From the NCBI GenBank assembly GCA_965222155.1, contig CBDCTH010000012.1:3104001-3168000 (forward strand): DNA of 64,000 nucleotides, in the 5' to 3' direction. This DNA is from Gammaproteobacteria bacterium. Lineage in GTDB: Bacteria > Pseudomonadota > Gammaproteobacteria > Eutrophobiales > Eutrophobiaceae. A program made the position numbers and the translations under genes. The notes under the pieces are model-generated. The model was given only the letters and a program-made list of their open reading frames with translations, was not told the origin of the DNA and did no database searches. Below, piece by piece: positions 11,712 to 20,038 of this stretch (position 1 is its first letter; each line of letters begins with the position of its first letter).

Positions 11712-12600
11712 ATGAAGAAAGTTGTAGCAAACAGCATTACGGATAACGCCGAACGCCTACCACATCATCCGGCGCTTATCGACCGGGGCAGGACATATCC
11801 CTTCCTGCAGCATGCAAATCGGGTCTGCCAGCGGGTCGATGCGCTGGAGCAAGCCGGTTGCCGGCGCCGGGACCGGATTGCCGTTCTGTCCCGTAACTGT
11901 GCCGAGTACCTGGAAATCTACGGCGCCTGTGAGTTGGGCGGGTGTATTGCAGCGCCGGTCAACCATCGGCTGGCGGCGGCCGAAATCAACCATATAGTCG
12001 GCGATACCACAGCGATGTTCTATAGTGCAGAATATCTGCAACTGGCCCACCACCTGCACGGTGCGGCCAGTTACATACAACAGGAGTTTAACCCGGCTGT
12101 CATCTGGGACACCCTGCAAACGGAAGGCATTACCACCCTGCAACTGGTTCCGACCATGATCGAAATGCTGCTTGCTGATGACTATGCAGTCGGTCGTAAT
12201 CCGGCCCGGGTGAAGACTATTTTCTATTCCACCGCACCGATAAGGGAAGCATTATTGAGGAAGGCCCGGGCCGTATTCGGCCCGGTCTTTATCCAGCAAT
12301 ACGGTTCCACCGAGGGTGGTTCCGTATCGACCCTGACGAAGAACCAGCACCAGCCAGACGGGACTGGAGAACAGCAACGCCGCTTGTTGTCTGCCGGCCA
12401 GGTCTGTGACGGTGTGGAGATTAAGATCGTCAAGCCAGACGGGACTGTTGCCGATACCGGCGAGACGGGCGAGATTGTCGTGCGTCATCCCGATATCATG
12501 CTGGAATACTGGAACGATCCGAAAGTAACCGCTGCATCCATAAGGGACGGCTGGCTGGGCATGGGAGATATAGGGTACCTGGATGGCCAGGGGTTTCTTC
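11712..12600 (+). pseudogene. AMP-binding acyl-CoA ligase, internally deleted and 3' truncated
   Basis: RIAVLSRN, QQYGSTEGG, GEIVVR, GWLGMGDIGYLD motifs present; TSGTTG P-loop region absent; ends in an IS5 fragment. Confidence 0.8.
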
Positions 12601-12980
12601 AGGGTGTGGCCGTCATACGGGCTGCCCGGCAAGGCCATGCCCCCGACCACAAAGTTACTCTTGTTGGTGGTGGCAATGCTCACCTTCACCCCGACTTCAT
12701 TGCGCCCATCCCCCTGCTCAACTCCATACAGAGCTTGCCCCTGCGGTTGTAAGCAGGGGGGCAGGCTCTGGGCGCAACCCTGCGGGCGGCTTGCGCCGTG
12801 CACAAATTTACCTGGAGCTGTTGAACAGTCGAGCCACGCGAGACTAGCCCCAACGGGGCAAAGTACAGGACGTACTTTGTAAATCGTCTGTCCTGTTGCT
12901 GTCCGTCGGATAACTCACCGCCTTCTCCTGTACCGTGGTGTCCACCGTTACCCGTTTGAAGTCCATCGTCTTCACTGCCT
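12589..12980 (-). mobile_element. IS5-family transposase remnant in two pieces interrupted by repeat B
   Basis: Minus strand reads VTVDTTVQEKAVSYPTDS (~12896-12975) and EVGVKVSIATTNKSNFVVGGMALPGSPYDGHTL (~12600-12700); intervening coding sequence is missing. Confidence 0.8.
12698..12895. repeat. Nested hairpin composite B, copy 1
   Basis: Near-identical to 16609-16816; core matches 60429-60501. Confidence 0.85.
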
Positions 12981-13145
12981 TGCTCTGCACCCCCACATGG
13001 AATGGAATCGACGGCATTACGTGAAACGGATCGAATAGGCAAACATTTCATCAGACGGTTTACCGGCAAGTACGATGAGAGCGAAAACCAGATTTATACA
13101 GAGGGAGAACTCGTTTTCGACACGATTAAAAATCCAACAAACCAT

Positions 13146-13174
13146 TTGACCATCGAACATTTTTGTTCGATACT
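13146..13174 (+). promoter_or_regulatory. Putative hicAB promoter with palindromic operator
   Basis: TTGACC-17bp-GATACT overlapping ATCGAACA-tttt-TGTTCGAT (13152-13171), just upstream of the hicA ATG. Confidence 0.65.
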
Positions 13175-13181
13175 GACGACT

Positions 13182-13610
13182 ATGAAAGGGAGCGAATTTA
13201 TAAAACGGATAAGAAAACTGGCAAAAGCAAACGGTTTGCCATTCCAGGTAAGAAGGGAACGTGGAAAAGGCAGTCACATAACGCTGTATTATGCTGACCG
13301 TCATAGCATTCTCAGGGCAACCGCATACTTTTGAATTCAGACGTTTTTGCCCGATTCCGTCATTCTGGCGCAGGCCAGAATCCAGTGAATAACCCTTCAT
13401 TACCCTGATCATGCGCTGTTGTTTGACTGGATGCTGGCATTCGCCAGCATGACGGGCGGCGTTGTCCGGTTGGTTTCCTGTCTTCTGCAACAGAATCCAA
13501 AAGTATGCGGTTGCCCTGATAGCATTCTGAGAAATCCGAAAGATGAGTTGAAAACAGGGACTTACCATGCCATGTTGAGACAATTGGGAATTGATAAGTC
13601 GGAGATATAG
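13182..13610 (+). pseudogene. hicA: HicA toxin disrupted by MITE A
   Basis: MKGSEFIKRIRKLA...RGKGSHITLYYADRHSIL | RNPKDELKTGTYHAMLRQLGI joins in frame once the 206-bp insert and one 10-bp duplication are removed. Confidence 0.9.
13313..13518 (+). mobile_element. MITE A copy 1 (206 bp)
   Basis: TIRs CAGGGCAACCGCATACTTTTG / CAAAAGTATGCGGTTGCCCTG; 10-bp TSD ATAGCATTCT. Confidence 0.95.
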
Positions 13611-13613
13611 ACC

Positions 13614-14039
13614 ATGAAGTATATTTATCCCGTTATACCCACCGAAGACAAAGATGACGGCGGATACGTTGTTACCTGCCGTGACCTGCCGGAAGTGATC
13701 ACTCAGGGCGATACGATTGAAGAAGCCCTTGAATCAGCCGCGGATGCCTTGGATGAAGCCATTTGTGGCTGTATCAATCACGGCAGGGATATTCCAGAAC
13801 CTACGGCGAAACAAGCCAATGAACATCTGGTATCCGTACCTGTGACTACTGCGCTGAAAGCGGCCGCTTACACCAGGTTCCGCGAATCCGGTCAGACCAA
13901 GGTGGCGATTGCCAAATCCCTGGATCTGAAAGAAAGCGAAGTGCGTCGTATCCTTGATCCGCGCCATGGCACTAAGGCCGCTACCCTGGAGCGTTTTATC
14001 CGATCATTAGGCGGCGATGTACTGGTGAGCGCCGGTTAG
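13614..14039 (+). CDS. hicB: HicB antitoxin with C-terminal HTH
   Basis: DGGYVVTCRDLPEVITQGDTIEEAL motif; directly follows hicA. Confidence 0.9.
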   Translation: MKYIYPVIPTEDKDDGGYVVTCRDLPEVITQGDTIEEALESAADALDEAICGCINHGRDIPEPTAKQANEHLVSVPVTTALKAAAYTRFRESGQTKVAIAKSLDLKESEVRRILDPRHGTKAATLERFIRSLGGDVLVSAG

Positions 14040-14045
14040 GAGATA

Positions 14046-14728
14046 ATGAATTCACCCCCCGCCAAACCTTACCTCTCCAAATCCCGCTTGATCTCGGTCT
14101 GGCAGTGCAGGAAGAAACTTCACCTGGAAGTGCATAACCCGGAACTTGCAGAGACGAGCTCTATGGCGGAGTCATTGTTTGCGACCGGGAACCAGGTGGG
14201 GGAAATAGCTCAGCAGGTGTTCGGATCGGCGCATGGGGTGGAAATACCGTTCACCGGTGGATTGAGTGACGCGCTAAGGACAACGGCTGAGCTTATCGCA
14301 AACGGCCACAACATCCCCGTATATGAAGCCACGTTTCAGCACGACGGGGTGCTGGTGCGCGTCGATGTCCTGTTGCCGCTTGAAAACGGCGGGTGGCGCG
14401 CGATAGAAGTGAAAGCGGCCGCCAGTGTCAAGTCTCACCACGAAATGGATTGCGCCATTCAGTACTGGGTGCTGAGGAACATATGTACACGACCTATGAG
14501 AAACTCATCATCAACAGGTTGATTGAAATGTTTCCGGACCTGGCGCCGTCGCTAGGGCGGATTGTCGAACGCCTGGTGGACTTGCATCCGATTAATCCCG
14601 AAACCACGCCTGAAAGAAAAGTGGAGCTTGAGGAACAGTTGCTCCGTTACTGTCGGTTTGATACCGAAGCAATGGTGAAAATCGTACGGTTTTTGACGTC
14701 TGTAAGCCCGGCTGATAGGCTGATTTAA
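14046..14728 (+). pseudogene. DUF2779 / RecB-like nuclease family protein, internally deleted
   Basis: LSKSRL..QC.K.L.L N-terminus, VRVDVL...IEVKA PD-(D/E)xK-like motif, C-terminal LLRYCRFDTEAM in another frame; far shorter than the family norm. Confidence 0.65.
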
Positions 14729-15292
14729 ATGGATATTGGGGAACCGATAAAATCACTTGGCACAGTGGACATGGAACCATTGCGCGCACGCATCCTCGCC
14801 CAGGAAGAGTCCGCCTGGTATGAACAGAAACTGCGCCAGAACGAATATGACGTTCACCGCTATACGGAATCCATCGTGCTGGTTTTTACCGATGGGTCCG
14901 GCTGGCCGAATATCGAAGTCAGCAAGCAGCCCGGTTGGGGGCGGCTGGTCGGGGAGGCCATGCCGTTGATGCACGGGATTATCGGCAGCTTTTATCCGGC
15001 CGGCGGTACCATAATCCGCGCCATGGCGGCGAAATTACTTGCCGGCGGGAAAATCAAGCCCCACCGGGATGCGCATCCGTCATTTCACTACAGTCACCGT
15101 ATCCATGTTCCCATTACCACCAATCCCCGGGTCCGGTTCATGCTCGACGGGCGCCCGTACCGGCTGGAGGTGGGGCAGGCCTACGAAATCAACAACCAGA
15201 AAGTACACAGCGTGATGAACAAGGGCACACAGGACAGGATTACGTTTATCTTCGATTACGTGCCGCCCGGCGGCCATGCTACGGCGCAGTAA
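14729..15292 (+). CDS. Aspartyl/asparaginyl beta-hydroxylase domain protein (2OG-Fe(II) oxygenase)
   Basis: IKPHRD...RIHVPI...EINNQKVHSVMN...DRITFIFD (HxD...H triad). Confidence 0.8.
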   Translation: MDIGEPIKSLGTVDMEPLRARILAQEESAWYEQKLRQNEYDVHRYTESIVLVFTDGSGWPNIEVSKQPGWGRLVGEAMPLMHGIIGSFYPAGGTIIRAMAAKLLAGGKIKPHRDAHPSFHYSHRIHVPITTNPRVRFMLDGRPYRLEVGQAYEINNQKVHSVMNKGTQDRITFIFDYVPPGGHATAQ

Positions 15293-15373
15293 CGCGGGTT
15301 GCATAATCGCCGTACAGGACAGGTAAAAAGATGAGCCGGGGAGTTTATTCATTTTTGCGGGCACACAACCTCC

Positions 15374-15553
15374 GAACCCTTGACCAGAGGCCATGAACTG
15401 TGATCCCTGCCCAATGTCATCATTATACCCCATGTCGCATATATGACTGACCGGAGAATCGAATGCAACCGGCTGGTTGTCACGGAAAATCTGTGCCGCT
15501 ATATCAATGGCGAGCGCCTGCTGAATGTTGTGGATATCGACCGGGGTTATTGA
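15374..15553 (+). pseudogene. C-terminal fragment of a D-2-hydroxyacid dehydrogenase
   Basis: Manual translation EPLTRGHEL*SLPNVIIIPHVA...ENLCRYINGERLLNVVDIDRGY*, with an internal stop. Confidence 0.7.
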
Positions 15554-15573
15554 TCGGAAACCGTATACAGCGC

Positions 15574-16512
15574 ATGCCTGAAAACAAGCCGTATATGCCA
15601 AGGTTAATTGCCACCTCCGTAGTGCGCGGCAGCGAGCAGGGGGACAGCCACGGCGGGATCTTTAGCGTGGATTTCGAGAAGCAGGAAGCATTCCAGCATG
15701 TTGACTGGAACACCTCGGAGATTGATTTTTCCGGACGCGGCTGGGACCGGGGCCTGCGCGGCATCGAGTTTCATAACGACGAGATTTACATTGCCGCCAG
15801 CGATGAGTTGTTCGTCTATGACCAGGATTTTCAGATCCGCCGCTCTTTCAGGAACCCTTATCTCAAACATTGCCATGAGATTTGCAAAAAAGACAACCTG
15901 CTGTTTCTGACTTCTACGGGTTATGACAGTATTCTGGTCTTCGACCTGTCGGCTGAGGAATTTATCTGGGGCCTGTGTCTGGAAAAACAGTATTCCCGGT
16001 GGCAGACTCAACGATTTGACCCCCGTTCCACTGAAGGTCCGGCCCTGGTCAACAACCTGCACCTGAACATGGTTTCCGTACATGATACCGGTGTCTATTT
16101 CAGTGGCCTACGCACTGGCGCCCTGCTGCATTTCGGAAAAGATTTCGAGGTGTCCGAAATCTGTAATTTACCGGCCGGCAATCATAACGCCCGGCCGTTC
16201 AGGGATGGGGTCCTGTTCAATGACACAAAATCTGATTGCGTCCGCTATGTTGGCCGCAACGGTGGTGACCAGGCGTTCAGGATCAGGCGCTACCCGGAAC
16301 AAGAAATCCGGTTTGCCGGCATTGACGATTCTAAAATAGCCCGCCAGGGCTTCGGTCGAGGTCTGTGCCCCTTATCGGACAGGTTTATTGCGGGCGGCTC
16401 CTCGCCTTCCACGATCAGCGTATACGATCTCTACTCAGGTAAAATGGTTGTCAGCGTCAATCTGTCCATGGATATCAGGAATGCGATCCACGGCCTGGAA
16501 GTCTGGCCGTAG
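15574..16512 (+). CDS. Hypothetical protein, probable beta-propeller
   Basis: Long ORF rich in short beta-strand repeats (GLRGIEF, FGRGLC, IHGLEVW). Confidence 0.65.
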   Translation: MPENKPYMPRLIATSVVRGSEQGDSHGGIFSVDFEKQEAFQHVDWNTSEIDFSGRGWDRGLRGIEFHNDEIYIAASDELFVYDQDFQIRRSFRNPYLKHCHEICKKDNLLFLTSTGYDSILVFDLSAEEFIWGLCLEKQYSRWQTQRFDPRSTEGPALVNNLHLNMVSVHDTGVYFSGLRTGALLHFGKDFEVSEICNLPAGNHNARPFRDGVLFNDTKSDCVRYVGRNGGDQAFRIRRYPEQEIRFAGIDDSKIARQGFGRGLCPLSDRFIAGGSSPSTISVYDLYSGKMVVSVNLSMDIRNAIHGLEVWP

Positions 16513-16518
16513 GCCTAG

Positions 16519-16554
16519 CCCGGATTTCTCACCAAGCCGCTTGTTGCCAGCGGA
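16519..16554. repeat. Left-end fragment of MITE C
   Basis: ctag|CCCGGATTTCTCACCAAGCCGCTTGTTGCCAGCGGA aligns with 60217-60252. Confidence 0.7.
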
Positions 16555-16568
16555 TATGAATATCCCAT

Positions 16569-16608
16569 GCATAAGGGGACGGATTTGAAATCCGTCCCCG
16601 GAGAGATG
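16569..16608. repeat. 40-bp REP unit (variant GGGGACGGATTTGAAATCCGTCCCC)
   Basis: Exact reverse complement of 29962-30001. Confidence 0.85.
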
Positions 16609-16816
16609 CATTGCGCCCATCCCCCTGCTCAACTCCATACAGAGCTTGCCCCTGCGGTTGTAAGCAGGGGGGCAGGCTCTGGGCGCAACCCTGCGGGCGG
16701 CTGTCGCCGTGCATAAATTCGCCTGGAGCTGTTGAACAGTCGAGCCGCGCGAGACTGGCCCCGACGGGGCAAAGTACAGGACGTACTTTGTAAATCGGCT
16801 ATCCTGCCGATTTGTC
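16609..16816. repeat. Nested hairpin composite B, copy 2
   Basis: Near-identical to 12698-12895, with intact right end GATTTGTC. Confidence 0.85.
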
Positions 16817-16952
16817 AGCGCAGCGCCTGCCTGCCGCCTGCCGTTCACGCTATGGTGCGCCATAGCGTGGCCGTTAATCGGTTCCGGGATGGTGAAAATC
16901 AGCACGCACAGTGCGAGCAGACCGGCCAGTAAGCCGAGTAGTATAAGGATGG

Positions 16953-17158
16953 CAGGGCAAACGCATACTTTTGAATTCAGATGTTTTTGCCCGATTCCGT
17001 CATTCTGGCGCAGGCCAGAATCCAGTGAATAACCCTTCATTACCCTGAGCCTGCGCTGTTGTTTGACTGGATGCTGGCATTCGCCAGCATGACGGGCGGT
17101 GTTGTCCGGTTGGTTTCCTGTCGTCTGCAACAGAATCCAAAAGTATGCGGTTGCCCTG
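16953..17158 (+). mobile_element. MITE A copy 2 (206 bp)
   Basis: Same TIRs; 10-bp TSD ATAAGGATGG; interrupts the 5' end of a truncated minus-strand membrane-protein gene (MRPILI|LLGLLAG). Confidence 0.95.
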
Positions 17159-17303
17159 ATAAGGATGGGACGCATTGATTTTTTATTCCGTGAACCGTTT
17201 CAATCTATGCTATGATGCATAATTTACTGCCGTTCTTCGATGAAATCATTCTGATTATTTTATAACGTTATACAATTACGCGCCGAAGCTCGCGGATCTT
17301 GAA

Positions 17304-17378
17304 TGGGGCGTAGCCAAGTGGTAAGGCACAGGGTTTTGATCCCTGCATTCCCAGGTTCGAATCCTGGCGCCCCAGCCA
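17304..17378 (+). tRNA. tRNA-Gln (UUG)
   Basis: TGGGGCG/CGCCCCA acceptor stem, CAGGG-TTTTGAT-CCCTG anticodon arm, GGTTCGAATCC T arm, encoded CCA. Confidence 0.97.
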
Positions 17379-17383
17379 AATAA

Positions 17384-17624
17384 CCCGGATATTGCGCCAG
17401 TCCGCTTGGAGGAATACTAAAATTCATCTGACATCAGATAGTTATATGGTAAATTCTAAATTTTGTAGCTTTACAAACTACGCTGGATGCGCCCTCACTT
17501 GTCTTTTTTACGCTGACGGGTACGTGCTCCCTCAACCAGAGTACCAGCTATGCTTTTGGTCGCATGCACCCGTCAGCGTAAAAAATCCTACGTGATCTTC
17601 GCATCCACTGGTGCAATATCCGGG
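17384..17624. mobile_element. MITE C copy 1 (241 bp, structured)
   Basis: TIRs CCCGGATATTGCGCCAGT / ACTGGTGCAATATCCGGG; ATAA and TTAA flanks; long internal hairpin; homologous to 60217-60528. Confidence 0.85.
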
Positions 17625-17647
17625 TTAACAATCAGCAGGGAAAATCA

Positions 17648-18601
17648 ATGTCATTAGACGATGTAATGCTGTTTTCCGGTAACGCTAACCCGGTATTGGC
17701 GGTAGATATCGCGCGCAACCTGAATATGCCCCTGGGCAAAATCAACGTGGACCGTTTCAGCGACGGCGAGATTATGGTTGAGATTGCAGAGAATGTACGC
17801 GGACGGGATGTATTCATCCTGCAATCCCTGTGTTCACCGGCAAATGATAATTTAATGGAGATGATGATCATTGCGGATGCTTTGAGGAGAGCGTCGGTAG
17901 AGCGGGTCACGGCGGTGATTCCCTATATGGGTTATGCCCGCCAGGATCGCAGGCCCAGGTCAGCCAGGGTTCCTATAACGGCCAAGGTGGTGGCGGATAT
18001 GATAGGGATCATGGGCATCTCCAGGGTATTGACGGTAGACCTTCATGCCGATCAGATTCAGGGGTTTTTTGATATGCCGCTGGATAATGTATATGCATCC
18101 CCGGTGTTGTTGGGTGATATATGGAAGCACAAATATGAAAAACAAATCGTGGTATCCCCTGACGTGGGTGGCGTGGTAAGAGCGCGTGCTATAGCCAAGC
18201 GACTCGATGATATGGATTTGGCTATTATCGATAAACGGCGGCCGAAGGCGAATGAGTCCGAGATAATGAATATTATCGGCGACGTGAGAGGCCGGACCTG
18301 CATTATCGTTGATGATATGGTGGACACGGCCGGCACGCTGTGTAACGCGTCTAACGCCCTCAAGGATTTCGGTGCTGACCAGGTCGTCGCGTACTGTACG
18401 CACCCGGTATTGTCCGGCAGGGCGCTCGATAACATCAACGCATCGAGCCTGGATGAATTGGTCGTCACGGATACCATCCCGTTGCATGAAGCCGCTGCTG
18501 AATGTGATAGAATCCGCCAACTCAGTGTAGCCACAATGCTGGCGGAAAGTATCCGTCGGATTTCTGAAGGTGAATCGCTGAGTTCAATGTTTATTGATTG
18601 A
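17648..18601 (+). CDS. prs: Ribose-phosphate pyrophosphokinase
   Basis: [36 protein letters not shown]. Confidence 0.97.
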   Translation: MSLDDVMLFSGNANPVLAVDIARNLNMPLGKINVDRFSDGEIMVEIAENVRGRDVFILQSLCSPANDNLMEMMIIADALRRASVERVTAVIPYMGYARQDRRPRSARVPITAKVVADMIGIMGISRVLTVDLHADQIQGFFDMPLDNVYASPVLLGDIWKHKYEKQIVVSPDVGGVVRARAIAKRLDDMDLAIIDKRRPKANESEIMNIIGDVRGRTCIIVDDMVDTAGTLCNASNALKDFGADQVVAYCTHPVLSGRALDNINASSLDELVVTDTIPLHEAAAECDRIRQLSVATMLAESIRRISEGESLSSMFID

Positions 18602-18611
18602 GAGTTATGAA

Positions 18612-19265
18612 ATGCAAGTTTATGAATTAAAGGCAGAGCCCCGGAACGAGCTGGGAAAGAGCGCCAGTCGCAGCCTGCGCCGTTCAGGTAGAATCCCCGG
18701 CACCGTATATGGGGCAAATAAAGAACCGCAATCCATCTCGTTGTTACATGATGAGGTATTGCACCAGCTTGAGCATGAGGCTTTTTACTCAAGCATCCTG
18801 ACCATCAGTGTCAGTGCTGAGAGTGAACGTGTAGTCGTAAAGGATTTACAAAGACATCCCTATAAACCCGATATTCTGCATATAGATTTTCTGCGTATTG
18901 ACGAAAAGCAGAAAATTACCATGCGGGTGCCGATACATTTTCTCAATGAGCAGCAGTGCGTGGGTGTCAAGAGCGGCGGCGGTGTGGTGAGTCGCATCAT
19001 GACCGAACTGGAAATAAGTTGTTTACCCGGGGACCTTCCTGAGTATATCGATGTGGACCTGGCAAATGTGAACGTGGGAGAATCCGTGCATCTCAGTGAT
19101 ATCGTGCTGCCTGAGGGAGTAGAAATCTACGCCTTGCAACATGGCGGTGACAGCTCGTCTTCGGTGGCATCCGTGAACGTGCCCAAGATAAGCAGTGACG
19201 ACATAGAAGAGCAGGAAGAAGAGCAGGAAGAGTTTGAGGAAGAAAATGAAGCAGACGAAAGCTGA
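18612..19265 (+). CDS. rplY: 50S ribosomal protein L25 / Ctc form
   Basis: GKSASRSLRRSGRIPGTVYG, QRHPYKPDILHIDFLR; follows prs. Confidence 0.95.
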   Translation: MQVYELKAEPRNELGKSASRSLRRSGRIPGTVYGANKEPQSISLLHDEVLHQLEHEAFYSSILTISVSAESERVVVKDLQRHPYKPDILHIDFLRIDEKQKITMRVPIHFLNEQQCVGVKSGGGVVSRIMTELEISCLPGDLPEYIDVDLANVNVGESVHLSDIVLPEGVEIYALQHGGDSSSSVASVNVPKISSDDIEEQEEEQEEFEEENEADES

Positions 19266-19307
19266 TCCTTTACCATCAACGGCTAACTGAAATCATCTCC
19301 TTTCCGG

Positions 19308-19919
19308 GTGAGCGAACCAACCGGGTTGAAACTCATTGCAGGCCTGGGTAATCCGGGCACAGATTATTCGGCGACGCGTCACAACGCCGGTTTCTGGTTT
19401 GTTGACAGGCTTGCCGCTCAACACCAGGTCCGCTTCACCGCGGAGACGAAATTCTCCGGCGATCTCGCCCGAATCAAGGCTCCCGGAATTAATTGCCTGC
19501 TTTTCAAACCGGCCACCTACATGAATAACAGTGGACGCGCGCTCCGGGCCGTCGCCGATTACTACCGGATTGAGACCACCCAGATCCTGGTTGTCCATGA
19601 TGAGATAGATCTGGATGCCGGCGTCATTCGTTTGAAAAAGGGCGGCGGTCATGGCGGACATAAAGGGTTGCGTGACATCAGTGAAAAACTCGGCGATACC
19701 GATTACCTGAGACTGAGAATAGGCATGGGCCACCCGGGAAATAAAACCAGGGTGCTGGCACACGTACTTGGGCGGCCAGGAAATCAGGATGTGGAATTGA
19801 TCAATATTGCGCTACAAAGGGGAATGGACATACTGCCGCTGCTGTTCACCGGAGAACTTGGCAAGGCCATGACCTGCTTGCATACGAATCCTGCACCCAG
19901 CACCCCAGCTGGCGATTGA
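19308..19919 (+). CDS. pth: Peptidyl-tRNA hydrolase
   Basis: GLGNPG..Y..TRHNAGF, HDEIDL, GGHGGHKGL. Confidence 0.96.
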   Translation: MSEPTGLKLIAGLGNPGTDYSATRHNAGFWFVDRLAAQHQVRFTAETKFSGDLARIKAPGINCLLFKPATYMNNSGRALRAVADYYRIETTQILVVHDEIDLDAGVIRLKKGGGHGGHKGLRDISEKLGDTDYLRLRIGMGHPGNKTRVLAHVLGRPGNQDVELINIALQRGMDILPLLFTGELGKAMTCLHTNPAPSTPAGD

Positions 19920-20038
19920 CAGGATGGGCTAGTATCTTAACCCATACCGTACTACAGCCAACCCAAAGGAGCATCAGGCGGCCTTTTACAGGGGTGATTT
20001 TGAGGGGGCATCCGTCAACTCCATTGAAGTAACAGGGG

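Noticed and set aside
17304-17378. tRNA-Gln as the attB site of an integrative island
   Set aside because: No integrase and no duplicated tRNA fragment found; the accessory DNA lies upstream of the tRNA
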